Origin: Gammaproteobacteria bacterium
GTDB taxonomy: Bacteria; Pseudomonadota; Gammaproteobacteria; JAUZRS01
NCBI GenBank assembly: GCA_030949385.1
Contig: JAUZSP010000006.1
Coordinates: forward strand, 64,121-128,120
Reading direction: 5' to 3'
DNA length: 64,000 nucleotides
Positions within the stretch are counted from its first letter, which is position 1. Every line of letters begins with the position of its first letter. The translations under genes were made by a program, and so were the position numbers. Below are positions 37,209 through 47,454 of this stretch, in pieces. The notes beneath the pieces are model-generated. The model was not told the origin of the DNA, did no database searches, and saw only the letters and a list, made by a program, of their open reading frames with translations.

Positions 37209-38392
37209 GCTTTTTTTTAACCACAATAAAGGATGTGTCGCTTGGTGTATATGATGGTCCGCACGCAACGCCTAAAGTGTCAACCTCTGGTCATGTTTTT
37301 TTAGGGATTAAGAATGTGACATCTCAAGGCAGGCTTGATTTGTCTAAAATAAAATATGTATCGAAAGAAGAATACTCTAAGTGGATAATAAGGGTAAAGC
37401 CTCAATGTGGAGATGTGGTATTTTCTTATGAAGCTACCTTGCATAGATATGCAATTATTCCTAAAGGGTTTGAAGGGTGTTTGGGGCGTCGCATGGGACT
37501 GATAAGGCCAGATCCAAAAAAAATAAATTCACGTTTTCTTCATTACTATTTTCTATCTCCACAATGGCAAAAATATGCAGATACAAAGGTGATTGTAGGA
37601 GCAACAGTGAGTAGGTTTTCTATAAAAGATTTTCCTGATTTTTTGCTTAATATACCCTCGCTAGAGATACAGAAAGTAATTTCTACAGTGTTGTCTCAAT
37701 ACGACGATCTTATAGAAAACAACCGTCGCCGCATTCAATTGCTAGAAGAGTCCGCCCGTTTGCTCTACAAAGAGTGGTTTGTGCATCTGCGCTTTCCTGG
37801 TCATGAGCAGGTTAAAGTTGTTGATGGTGTGCCGGAGGGGTGGGTTAAGAAAAATCTTTTTGAAGTAAGTAGGGTGACATACGGTTTTTCATTTAAGTCA
37901 ACCCTGTTTTCTGGTGATGCTATTGGGCTTCCTGTTGTTAGGATAAGAAATATTCCCTCCCGTGTATCTAAGGTATTTACCATTGAAGAAGCCCCTGAAG
38001 AAAAATTATTAGAAAATGGAGATTTTTTAATTGGTATGGATGGTGATTTCCATATGAATTATTGGTGTGGTGGAAAAGCATGGTTGAACCAACGGGTTGT
38101 TAGAGTTCTTGGGGCTAATGGTGTGAGTACGGGGTTTGTAAAGCAGGCAATTGAAAAGCCTATTTTTGATTTCAATAGAGTTATTACTGGAACCACAGTG
38201 CGACATCTTGGGGCAAAGCACCTAAAAATGATTGATTTTTTTATTCCTGATGATGATGTGTTGAATAAGGCGAATGACTATTTTGAAGATGTTCGTATTC
38301 AAGTTGTTTGTCTATTTCAGAAAATTAAAAAACTTGAGCAAGCCCGAGATATTTTATTGCCTCGTTTGATGAGCGGAGAGCTGGTGGTATGA
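37205..38392 (+). CDS. hsdS: Type I R-M specificity subunit HsdS
   Basis: 395 aa with two target-recognition-domain halves and conserved central and C-terminal coiled repeats (..LLEESARLLYKEWFVHLRFPGHE.., ..LEQARDILLPRLMSGEL). AT-rich like typical hsdS. The start overlaps the hsdM stop. Confidence 0.8.
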   Translation: MSFFLTTIKDVSLGVYDGPHATPKVSTSGHVFLGIKNVTSQGRLDLSKIKYVSKEEYSKWIIRVKPQCGDVVFSYEATLHRYAIIPKGFEGCLGRRMGLIRPDPKKINSRFLHYYFLSPQWQKYADTKVIVGATVSRFSIKDFPDFLLNIPSLEIQKVISTVLSQYDDLIENNRRRIQLLEESARLLYKEWFVHLRFPGHEQVKVVDGVPEGWVKKNLFEVSRVTYGFSFKSTLFSGDAIGLPVVRIRNIPSRVSKVFTIEEAPEEKLLENGDFLIGMDGDFHMNYWCGGKAWLNQRVVRVLGANGVSTGFVKQAIEKPIFDFNRVITGTTVRHLGAKHLKMIDFFIPDDDVLNKANDYFEDVRIQVVCLFQKIKKLEQARDILLPRLMSGELVV

Positions 38393-41300
38393 GTGGCATG
38401 ACCGAAGATACGCTGGTGCAACAGACCACCGCCGACTACCTGCGTGACGCACTGGCGTGGGACGAATCCCTCTACGCCATGCAGGAAACACTCGGCACAG
38501 ACGGCACCCTCGGACGCGAAAGCGAAAAAGAGATCATCCTCAGCCGCTACCTCAGCCAAACCCTCATCCGACTCAACCCAAACCTGCCCGACGAAGCCTA
38601 CCAAAACGCCCTGCAACAGATCATCAGCGTCAACAGCAGCCAAAGCCTCGCCGCGATCAACCAAGAAAAAGACCGACTCTACAAACAGGGCGTAGCGGTC
38701 AACTACCGCGACAAAAAAGGCCAACGCCAGCAGAAAACCCTCCGCATCTTCGACTTTGAACAAGCCGACAACAACCACTTTTTAATCGTGCGCGAACTCT
38801 GGATCAAAGGCGACGTGTACCGCCGCCGCGCCGATTTGGTGGGCTTCGTCAACGGCATCCCGCTGATTTTTATGGAAGTGAAAAACCTGCACCGAAGCGT
38901 TAAAGCCGCCTACGAAGAGAACCTCTCAGACTACCGAGACAAAGACGTTATCCCACATCTTTTTCACCACAACGCCGTGGTGATCTTAGGCAACGGAATC
39001 GAGGCTAAAATCGGCTCCCACTCCTCAAAGTACGAACACTTCAGCGAATGGAAACGGCTGGACGAAGAGGAGAGCGGAGCGGTGGCAATGGAGACCCTAC
39101 TCAAAGGGGTCTGTGGCAAAAGAAACTTTCTCGACCTGTTTGAAAACTACATCATCTTTGACGACTCCAGCGGCAAAACAGTCAAAATCATCGCCCGCAA
39201 CCACCAATTTCTCGGCGTGAACCGTGCCCTTGACGCAGTGAAAAAGCGTCGGTCACTGCAAGGCAAGCTCGGGGTCTTTTGGCACACCCAAGGTTCGGGG
39301 AAATCCTACTCGATCCTCTTCTTTGCCAAAAAAATCCGCCGTAAACTGGGCGGAAACTACACCTTTTTGCTGCTCACCGACCGCGACGATCTCGACAATC
39401 AGCTCTACAAAACCTTTGCCGGAGCGGGGCTGGTGAATCACGACCGCGACCCCTGCCGCGCCAACAGCGGCAAACACCTCGATGAACTGCTTGGTCAGCA
39501 GAAAGCCTTTATCTTTACCCTGATTCAGAAATTCAGCACCGCAGAGATGCGCGGCTCGCAACGGGACGACATCATCGTCATTACCGATGAAGCGCACCGC
39601 ACCCAGTACGGCACTCTGGCGCTGAATCTGCGCAACGCCCTGCCTAACGCCTGTTTCATCGGCTTTACCGGCACCCCGCTGTTGAAAGAGGATCAGATCA
39701 CCCGCCAAGTGTTTGGCGATTACATCTCCACCTACGACTTTCAACGAGCCGTGGAAGATCAAGCCACCGTGCCACTCTTCTACGATGCACGGGGTGAGGC
39801 GCTACGTCTTGAGGGAAAGGGGGGCGATGAGAACGGTGGTTCGGTGGCGGAACCGAATGGGTTGAACAAAAAAATCAGCGCAAAACTGGCTGAGATGGAT
39901 GTGGAGGATCTGGACGTTCAGCGGCGCTTAGAGCGCGAATTAAAGCGCGCTTATCACATCGTCACCGCCAGCAGCCGTCTGGAGCAGATCGCCGATGATT
40001 TTGTCGAGCATTACAGCGCAGGCTGGCAAAACGGCAAAGCAATGCTGGTCTGCATTGATAAAGTGACCTGTGTGCGGATGTACGATTTGATCAAGGAGCG
40101 TTGGCAGCAGCATCAGGTGGCACTGAGCAAGCGACTTACCAGCGAGACAGCGGATGAGCAGGAGATGATCTTTCGTGAGCGCCAACTGACGTGGATGCAA
40201 GAGACCCAGATGGCGGTGGTGGTGAGCGAGGAGCAGGGCGAGGTAGAGAAATTTCGCCATTGGGATCTGGACATCCTTCCCCATCGTAAATTGATTAAAG
40301 AGGGCTTTCAGGAGGGCAAGGGGCGGTTAAAGCTGGAAGAGGCGTTCAAGCGTGAAGAGCACCCTTTCCGTGTGGCGATTGTCTGCGCCATGTGGTTGAC
40401 GGGGTTTGATGTGCCGAGTTTATCAACTCTTTATCTGGATAAACCGCTGAAAGCCCACTCCTTGATGCAGGCCATCGCCCGTGCCAACCGAGTCGCTGAG
40501 GGTAAAAATAACGGTTTGATTGTGGATTACTGCGGCATTTTGAAGAATTTACGCCAAGCCTTGGCGGACTTTGGGGGTGCTGCGAATGGCAGTTCTGTCC
40601 CTGACCCGGTGCGACCCAACAAAGAACTGCTGGCAACGCTGGCCGAGTCCATTGCAGCGGTCAAAACCTTTTTGAATCAGCGGGGCTTTGAGCTAACAAA
40701 GATCACCGAGGATGTTGGTTTTGCGCGTAATCAAGCCATTATGGAGGCCAAAGAGGCGGTCAATGAAAATAATCGGAGCAGAAAAACCTATGAAGTGATG
40801 GCGCGTGAGGTGGTGAAAAAATTCAAAGCCTGCATCACGCTGCGCCCCGAAGTGAATGCGTATCGGCTGGATCGGGATGCCATTCACATCATCTACAAAT
40901 CGCTGCAACGGGATCGAGAGACGGCAGACATCAGCCAGATTATGAGGGCGCTGCACAAGCTGGTGGATGAGTCGGTGTTGGTGGAAGAGCGCACCGTGCG
41001 CGAAGCGCGGGTCTACGATATGAGCAAAATTGATTTTGAGCGTTTGCGAGCGGAGTTTGCTCAGCAGGCGCAGAAAAAAACCGTGGTGCTTAATTTGAGT
41101 GATGTCTTGGCGAAACAGCTGAATAAATTGGTGCAGCAGAATCCGTTGCGAACCGATTTTCAAACGCATTTTGAAGCGGTGGTGGCGCGTTACAACGATG
41201 AAAAAGAGCATCTCGCCATTGAGCAGACCTTTGATGAGTTGTTGAATTTTATGCAGGAGTTGGGGCAGGAGGAGGCGCGGGCGCTGCGCGAGGGCTTGGA

Positions 41301-41611
41301 TCAGGAGAGTTTGGCCTTGTTTGATCTGCTGAACAAACCGGAGTTAAGTAAAAAAAGAGATCAAGACCATCAAGCGGGTGGCAACGGAGCTGTTAAAAGA
41401 TGTGAAAAAGGAGCTGGTCACGATTCAGCACTGGCAAGAGAAAGGGCGCGCTCGGGCGGCGATCAAACAGGGTATTTATGACCACCTGTACGATGACAAA
41501 ACGGGCTTGCCAGAGAGCTACGAAGTGGAGGAGATTGGTTTGTTAGCCGATGAACTGTTCAGTCATATTTATCGTGTGTACCCCACTTTACCCTCACCGG
41601 TTTATGGTTAA
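38389..41611 (+). pseudogene. hsdR: Type I R-M endonuclease subunit HsdR, frameshifted at an A7 tract near the C-terminus
   Basis: The 1030-aa ORF carries SF2 helicase motifs (..TQGSGKS.., DEAH in ITDEAHRTQYG, ..QAIARANR..). The final roughly 75 aa (..VATELLKDVKKELVTIQHWQEK..) are in the -1 frame as ORF 41378-41611. Removing one A from AAAAAAA at 41350-41356 restores ..LSKKEIKTIKRVATELL... Confidence 0.8.
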
Positions 41612-41618
41612 GCTGAGG

Positions 41619-42420
41619 TTATGAGCCAGACTCCCGCTGCTGTTTCAACACCTGCAACATGGCGTGAAAGACCTTTGGCCCTGCGGCTAAAATATCACCG
41701 CTTTCCAGATACTGATCTCCGCCAGAAAGGTCGGTTACAATGCCACCCGCTTCACGGATCAGCAGCGCACCGGCAGCGATGTCCCAACTGTGCAAACCCA
41801 TCTCCCAAAAACCATCAATGCGACCGGCGGCCAGATAGGCCAGATCCAGAGCGGCAGAGCCTGGGCGACGAATGCCAGCGGTTTTGGTCAAGAAGGTGCG
41901 AAATACTTTCAGGTATTCGTCCAGATCTTTGGCTTGATCGTCACGGTACGGAAAGCCTGTTCCCAGTAACGCACCTTCCAGACCACGGCGTTTGCTGACC
42001 CGAAGACGGCGGTTGTTGAGCGAGGCTCCGCCGCCACGAGTGGCGGTGAACAGCTCTTGGCTGATGGGGTTGTAGATCACCGCTTGTTCTAAGCGACCTT
42101 CGTATTTGAGTGCAATGGAAACCGCAAACTGCGGAAAACCGTGCAGAAAATTGGTGGTGCCATCGAGAGGGTCGATGATCCACTGATGACGGCCATCGCC
42201 TGCAGTGCTCACCGGACTCTTCGGCTAAAATGCCGTGTTGTGGATAGGTCTTGAGCAGAGTGCGTATAATCTCCGCTTCGGCTTGACGATCCACTTCGCT
42301 GACGAAGTCGTTGCGCTGTTTGGTTTCGATGGCGAGGGTGTCGATTCTGTCCACATTACGGGCGATCAGATTGCCTGCGGAGCGTGCCGCACGGACGGCG
42401 ATATTGAGCATGGGATGCAT
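41619..42420 (-). pseudogene. suhB: Inositol-1-monophosphatase SuhB split by a frameshift
   Basis: N-terminal part [17 protein letters not shown]...ILAEESGE (41941-42420) and C-terminal part ..[17 protein letters not shown]...WDIAAG.. (41619-42212) are in different frames. The switch is near 42205-42213; about 2 nt appear to be missing. Confidence 0.75.
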
Positions 42421-42539
42421 CGGCTTGGGTCTTTATTTGGGCTAAAAAATGGTCACAGAGGATAGCAGAGAACGGGTGTTTTGAGTATGAAAATATGCTG
42501 ACCTGCGTACGGTTTTGATTCTTTTAAGGAGAAGTTGAT

Positions 42540-43271
42540 TTGAATTTGAGTAAGGTGCGGATGGTCTTGATCGCCACTTCCCATGCGGGCAACATCGGTG
42601 CGGCGGCACGGGCGATGAAAAACATGGGCTTGGAGCGCCTTTATTTGGTGGCTCCCCGCGATTTTCCCAGCGAGGAGGCGTTGGTACGGGCTTCAGGGGC
42701 GACGGATGTTTTAGATCAAGCCGTGGTCTGTGACTCTTTGGCAGAGGCGTTGCAGGGCGTGGGTGTGGTGTACGGCAGCAGCGCACGGCAGCGCACGCTG
42801 GCGTGGCCTGAGGTGGATGTACGCGGTTGTGCGGAGCAGGTGAGTGAGGTCACTTTGCAGGATGAGGTGGCGATTGTTTTTGGCCGTGAGCGCATTGGTT
42901 TGACCAACGAGGAGTTGCAGCTCTGCCACACGTTGTTGCACATTCCGACCAACCCCGATTACAGCTCCCTGAATGTGGCTTCGGCGGTGCAGGTGGTGGC
43001 TTATGAGTTGAGAATGGCCTTTTTGAGTTCGGAGTCCGCCCCCGTTGTGGAACCCGTTGCGGCGGATGCCTTGGCTAGAGCGGAGGAGATGGCGCATTTT
43101 TACACTCATCTTGAGCAGACCTTGGTTGAGCTTGAGTTTCTTGATCCAAAGAACCCGCGTCAGTTGATGCCGCGTTTGCAGCGTTTTTTTCATCGCAGCC
43201 AGCCGACGCAGTTGGAGTTGGGCATGTTGCGTGGCATTTTGAGTGCGGCACTAAAAAAGAAAAAAGCATGA
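42540..43271 (+). CDS. trmJ: tRNA (cytidine/uridine-2'-O)-methyltransferase TrmJ (SpoU/TrmH family)
   Basis: 243 aa. The N-terminus VRMVLIATSHAGNIGAAARAMKNMGL parallels E. coli TrmJ. Conserved suhB-trmJ-isc synteny. Confidence 0.8.
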   Translation: MNLSKVRMVLIATSHAGNIGAAARAMKNMGLERLYLVAPRDFPSEEALVRASGATDVLDQAVVCDSLAEALQGVGVVYGSSARQRTLAWPEVDVRGCAEQVSEVTLQDEVAIVFGRERIGLTNEELQLCHTLLHIPTNPDYSSLNVASAVQVVAYELRMAFLSSESAPVVEPVAADALARAEEMAHFYTHLEQTLVELEFLDPKNPRQLMPRLQRFFHRSQPTQLELGMLRGILSAALKKKKA

Positions 43272-43344
43272 AGGGCTGTTATTTGCTGAATCTGGCACTA
43301 TAATACTTGAGTAAATTACTCGGTTATAACACTTAGGGTTTGTT

Positions 43345-44196
43345 ATGTTTAAACGCTTGCGTGAGGATATCCACTGTGTTTTTGATCGTGATCCGGCATC
43401 GCGGCATACGTGGGAAATTTTAACCACTTATCCTGGGGTGCATGCGGTATTGATTCACCGCGTGAGCCACTGGCTGTGGGGGAAGGGGTTGAAGTGGTTG
43501 GCGCGTGCGCTGTCGCATTTGGCGCGTTTTCTGACCGGCATTGAGATTCATCCTGGAGCTACTTTGGGACGACGGGTCTTTATTGACCACGGCATGGGGG
43601 TGGTGATCGGTGAGACCGCAGAGGTGCATGATGATGTGACACTTTATCAGGGGGTGACCTTAGGTGGCACCTCGTGGAACAAAGGCAAACGCCATCCGAC
43701 CCTAGAAAAAGGGGTGGTGGTAGGAGCCGGTGCCAAAGTCTTGGGGCCGATCACCTTGTCGGCTGGGGTTAAGGTGGGTTCTAATGCAGTGGTGGTTAAA
43801 GACGTGGAGGCCAACGCGACGGTGGTGGGTATTCCTGGAAGAGTGGTTAAAAAGAAAACACCACCGCCACCACTGCCGAAACACCGTGAGGAGATTGCCC
43901 GAAAAATGGGCTTTGATGCCTACGGCGTGAGCAAAGACATGCCCGACCCTGTGGCCACGGCAATGAACTGTATGCTGGATCATATTCATGCCATGGATCG
44001 TAAAATGGAGGCGATGTGCGGTGCCTTGAAGGCAATGGGCTTGGAAGATCCTGCCATCAACCTTAAGGAGCTGGAGGCCTGTGATATCGGTTTTTGTGAC
44101 AAAGAGGACGATTGCGGCCAGAGTGAGAAGTGTCTGCAAAAAGCGGAGTTGCGTGCCGCGAAAGAGACAGAGCGTACACTTTTGAAGAATAGTTGA
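43345..44196 (+). CDS. cysE: Serine O-acetyltransferase (short N-terminus, about 110-aa Cys-rich C-terminal extension)
   Basis: Left-handed beta-helix hexapeptide repeats ([36 protein letters not shown]..). The C-terminal tail carries several Cys residues. Confidence 0.75.
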   Translation: MFKRLREDIHCVFDRDPASRHTWEILTTYPGVHAVLIHRVSHWLWGKGLKWLARALSHLARFLTGIEIHPGATLGRRVFIDHGMGVVIGETAEVHDDVTLYQGVTLGGTSWNKGKRHPTLEKGVVVGAGAKVLGPITLSAGVKVGSNAVVVKDVEANATVVGIPGRVVKKKTPPPPLPKHREEIARKMGFDAYGVSKDMPDPVATAMNCMLDHIHAMDRKMEAMCGALKAMGLEDPAINLKELEACDIGFCDKEDDCGQSEKCLQKAELRAAKETERTLLKNS

Positions 44197-44251
44197 CTAA
44201 AACCGTCGGGTATGGAAAGATGCGCGCCATATTGGGTCAGAAGAGAGCGGC

Positions 44252-44740
44252 ATGAGATTAACAACCAAAGGCCGCTACGCGGTAACCGCGATGTTGGATT
44301 TAGCGTTGCACGGTGGAGAAGGGCCGATGACTTTGGCGGATATTTCCAGTCGTCAGAGGATCTCGCTTTCGTATCTGGAGCAGCTCTTTTCCAAACTGCG
44401 TAAAAACGGTTTGGTGCTCAGTACCCGTGGCCCAGGTGGCGGGTACAGCCTCAGTAAACCGGTGCACGAGATTGCCATTGCCAGCATTATTGAGGCGGTG
44501 GATGAGAAAGTGGATGCGACCCGTTGCGGTGGTCTGGCTAACTGCCACGATCAGCAACGTTGTTTGACCCACGATCTCTGGATGTCTCTGAGCGAGCAGA
44601 TTCACGGTTTTTTAGCCGGTATCAGCTTAGGGGATTTAATCGAAAAGCAATCTGTCCAAGAAGTGATGGAGCGCCAAGAGAAAGATTGTTTAGAGGCGCT
44701 GACGGTTTCAAATCAGCAGCGGGTCGAGATTGTCTCTTAA
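44252..44740 (+). CDS. iscR: Fe-S cluster assembly transcriptional regulator IscR (Rrf2 family)
   Basis: [20 protein letters not shown] Rrf2 HTH and the three cluster-ligand Cys residues. First gene of the isc operon. Confidence 0.9.
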   Translation: MRLTTKGRYAVTAMLDLALHGGEGPMTLADISSRQRISLSYLEQLFSKLRKNGLVLSTRGPGGGYSLSKPVHEIAIASIIEAVDEKVDATRCGGLANCHDQQRCLTHDLWMSLSEQIHGFLAGISLGDLIEKQSVQEVMERQEKDCLEALTVSNQQRVEIVS

Positions 44741-44803
44741 GATCGTGTGACGCTCTTAAGGGTTAACGAATTATTGAATGAAATTTGAGTGAGCATGAGC
44801 AAT

Positions 44804-46018
44804 ATGAAACTACCGATTTATTTAGATTACTCCGCAACCACGCCTGTTGATGAGCGTGTTGCTGAGAAGATGTCTGCTTATTTGACCCGTGACGGTCACT
44901 TCGGCAATCCTGCTTCACGTTCTCATCCCTTTGGTTGGGAGGCAGAATCGGCGGTTGACGAAGCGCGTGCTCATGTGGCGGCTTTGATCGGTGCAGACAG
45001 TAAAGAGATTGTCTGGACCTCTGGTGCTACGGAATCCGATAACTTGGCGATCAAAGGTGTGGCGCACTTTTACAAGAAAAAAGGCCGTCATATTGTGACC
45101 GTCAAAACCGAGCACAAAGCGGTGTTGGATCCCTGTCGTCAATTGGAACGTGATGGATATGAAATCACCTATTTGGTTCCTGAAACCGACGGTATGGTGG
45201 ATTTGGCCAAACTGGAAGCAGCGCTGCGCGAGGACACCATTTTGGTTTCCATTATGCACGTCAACAACGAAATTGGTGTGATTCAAGACATTGCGGCCAT
45301 TGGTAAAATGACCCGCGAACGTAAAATTTTGTTGCACGTGGATGCGGCTCAGAGCGCAGGTAAAGTGGAGATTGATGTCAATGCGATGAACGTTGATTTG
45401 CTTTCGCTTTCCGCTCATAAAATTTACGGCCCTAAAGGCATGGGCGCGCTCTACGTGCGTCGTAAACCTCGAGTACGTCTGGAAGCGATGATGCACGGCG
45501 GCGGTCACGAACGGGGTATGCGTTCTGGTACCTTGGCGACTCATCAAATTGTTGGCATGGGTGAAGCGTTCCGCATTGCTAAAGAAGAGATGGTTGCCGA
45601 GAATAAAAGTCTGGCTAAATTGCGTGATCGTCTGCTGGACGGTTTTAAAGACATGGAAGAGGTCTACATCAACGGCAATATGGAACATCGCATCGCCGGT
45701 AATCTGAACATCAGTTTTAACTTTGTTGAAGGCGAGAGCCTGATGATGGCAATGAAAGATTTTGCTGTCTCTTCTGGTTCGGCTTGTACTTCGGCTTCCT
45801 TGGAACCCTCTTATGTGTTGCGTGCTTTGGGGCGTTCTGACGAGCTGGCACACAGCTCGATCCGTTTCACCATCGGTCGTTACACCACCGCAGAAGAGAT
45901 TGATTACACCATTGGCCAAGTGCGCGATGCGGTGAATCGTCTGCGTGAATTGTCACCGTTGTGGGACATGTACCAAGAAGGTATTGATCTTGACAGCGTG
46001 CAGTGGGCGGCGCATTAA
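44804..46018 (+). CDS. iscS: Cysteine desulfurase IscS
   Basis: [17 protein letters not shown]-terminus and the [13 protein letters not shown]-lysine motif. Other in-frame ATGs exist upstream at 44789 and 44795. Confidence 0.9.
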   Translation: MKLPIYLDYSATTPVDERVAEKMSAYLTRDGHFGNPASRSHPFGWEAESAVDEARAHVAALIGADSKEIVWTSGATESDNLAIKGVAHFYKKKGRHIVTVKTEHKAVLDPCRQLERDGYEITYLVPETDGMVDLAKLEAALREDTILVSIMHVNNEIGVIQDIAAIGKMTRERKILLHVDAAQSAGKVEIDVNAMNVDLLSLSAHKIYGPKGMGALYVRRKPRVRLEAMMHGGGHERGMRSGTLATHQIVGMGEAFRIAKEEMVAENKSLAKLRDRLLDGFKDMEEVYINGNMEHRIAGNLNISFNFVEGESLMMAMKDFAVSSGSACTSASLEPSYVLRALGRSDELAHSSIRFTIGRYTTAEEIDYTIGQVRDAVNRLRELSPLWDMYQEGIDLDSVQWAAH

Positions 46019-46077
46019 ATTAGAGACTGGGCATCGTTAGATGCTTAATGAACCTTGATTGCACTTAGGAGAACGAC

Positions 46078-46458
46078 ATGGCTTACAGCGAAAAAGTATT
46101 AGATCATTACGAAAACCCACGTAACGTGGGTGCCTTTGATAAAAACGACAGCAGTGTTGGTACCGGCATGGTCGGCGCACCTGCTTGTGGTGATGTGATG
46201 AAGTTGCAGATCAAAGTGGGCGCGGATGGCATCATCGAAGACGCTAAATTTAAAACCTACGGTTGTGGTTCTGCCATCGCCTCTTCGTCCTTGGTGACGG
46301 AGTGGGTGAAGGGTAAAACCTTAGAAGAAGCGTCTACGATTAAAAACAGCGATATTGCTGAAGAGCTGGCTTTACCACCAGTGAAAATTCACTGTTCGGT
46401 ACTGGCTGAAGACGCGATTGCCGCAGCGATTGCAGATCTGAAACAGAAACAGTCTTAA
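46078..46458 (+). CDS. iscU: Fe-S cluster scaffold IscU
   Basis: 126 aa containing GAPACGDVMKL and LPPVK motifs. Confidence 0.9.
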   Translation: MAYSEKVLDHYENPRNVGAFDKNDSSVGTGMVGAPACGDVMKLQIKVGADGIIEDAKFKTYGCGSAIASSSLVTEWVKGKTLEEASTIKNSDIAEELALPPVKIHCSVLAEDAIAAAIADLKQKQS

Positions 46459-46491
46459 AAACGGCACTTACTTCCGAAAAGGAGCTTTGTT

Positions 46492-46815
46492 ATGGCAGTA
46501 ACCTTGACTGAGGCGGCAGCAGGCCGAGTAAAAGATTTTTTGCAAAAACGCGGTGCAGCTGCGGGTTTGCGTCTCGGAGTGCGCACCACCGGTTGTTCTG
46601 GAATGGCCTATGTATTGGAATTTGCCGATGAGGTCAGTCCCGATGACGAAGTGTTTGAAGATGCCGGTGTACGGGTGATCATTGACAAAAAAAGCTTGGT
46701 GTACCTTGATGGTACCGAGCTGGATTTTGCTAAAGAGGGCTTGAACGAAGGTTTTAAGTTCAATAACCCCAATGTCAAAGACGAATGCGGCTGCGGCGAA
46801 AGTTTTACCGTTTAA
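46492..46815 (+). CDS. iscA: Fe-S cluster insertion protein IscA (A-type carrier)
   Basis: 107 aa ending with the CGCGESF motif. Confidence 0.9.
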   Translation: MAVTLTEAAAGRVKDFLQKRGAAAGLRLGVRTTGCSGMAYVLEFADEVSPDDEVFEDAGVRVIIDKKSLVYLDGTELDFAKEGLNEGFKFNNPNVKDECGCGESFTV

Positions 46816-46900
46816 ACATTTGTTTTACCGTTGAGATAAAAAAACGCTCTGCCTTGGCTGGGCGTTTTTTCTGTACAGGCATTAAAAAAAGGGGGTTAAG

Positions 46901-47440
46901 GTGCAGTTGGATTTTTCCAAAGACTATTTTGAGCTGTTCTCTCTGCCGGTCTCGTTTGATCTGGATCAAGGGATGTTGGCGGCGCGCTTTCAGGAGTTGC
47001 AACGTCTGTTGCACCCCGACCGGTTTGCCTCAGCCAGTGAGCAAGAACGGCGCTTCTCCATGCAGGGCGCAACCTTGGTTAATGAAGCGTTTCAGACCCT
47101 TAAAGACCCCTTGACCCGTGCCACGTATCTGCTGAGTTTGCAGGGTGTTTCGTTGGACAACGAAAGCGATACGCAGATGGATATGGCATTTTTGATGCAG
47201 CAGATGGAGCTGCGTGAAGCGTTGGATGAGGTGCGTGAGAAGGATGATCCTCTGCAAGCGACGGCGGACGTGCTGGATGAAATCGCGGTTTTGTCGCGCA
47301 GCTGTTTTGCTTCTTTAGGAACGCACTTGCACGCGCAGGCGTGGTCAGAGGCGCGCGATTGGGTGCGCAAATTACAGTTTTTACGCAAACTTCGAGAGAG
47401 CGCCGTGGCGCTGGAGTTGGCCTTGGAAGATGAGTTATAA
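46901..47440 (+). CDS. hscB: Co-chaperone HscB (J-domain protein)
   Basis: GTG start. Begins DYFELF, has an HPD motif (LHPDRF) and an HscB C-terminal helical domain. Confidence 0.85.
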   Translation: MQLDFSKDYFELFSLPVSFDLDQGMLAARFQELQRLLHPDRFASASEQERRFSMQGATLVNEAFQTLKDPLTRATYLLSLQGVSLDNESDTQMDMAFLMQQMELREALDEVREKDDPLQATADVLDEIAVLSRSCFASLGTHLHAQAWSEARDWVRKLQFLRKLRESAVALELALEDEL

Positions 47441-47454
47441 CGCGAGTTTGAATT

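Noticed and set aside
38317-38778. 153-aa minus-strand ORF; also 39253-39762, 39940-40284 and 40693-41211
   Set aside because: All lie inside and antisense to hsdR, which has clear SF2 helicase motifs. Low-complexity translations.
44915-45919. 334-aa ORF on the minus strand
   Set aside because: It is entirely antisense to iscS, whose conservation is unambiguous. The long open antisense frame is a by-product of codon bias.
46830-46880. Possible terminator after iscA
   Set aside because: A T-tract is present but a convincing GC stem was not found; only about 5 bp including a G-U pair. hscB is likely co-transcribed.
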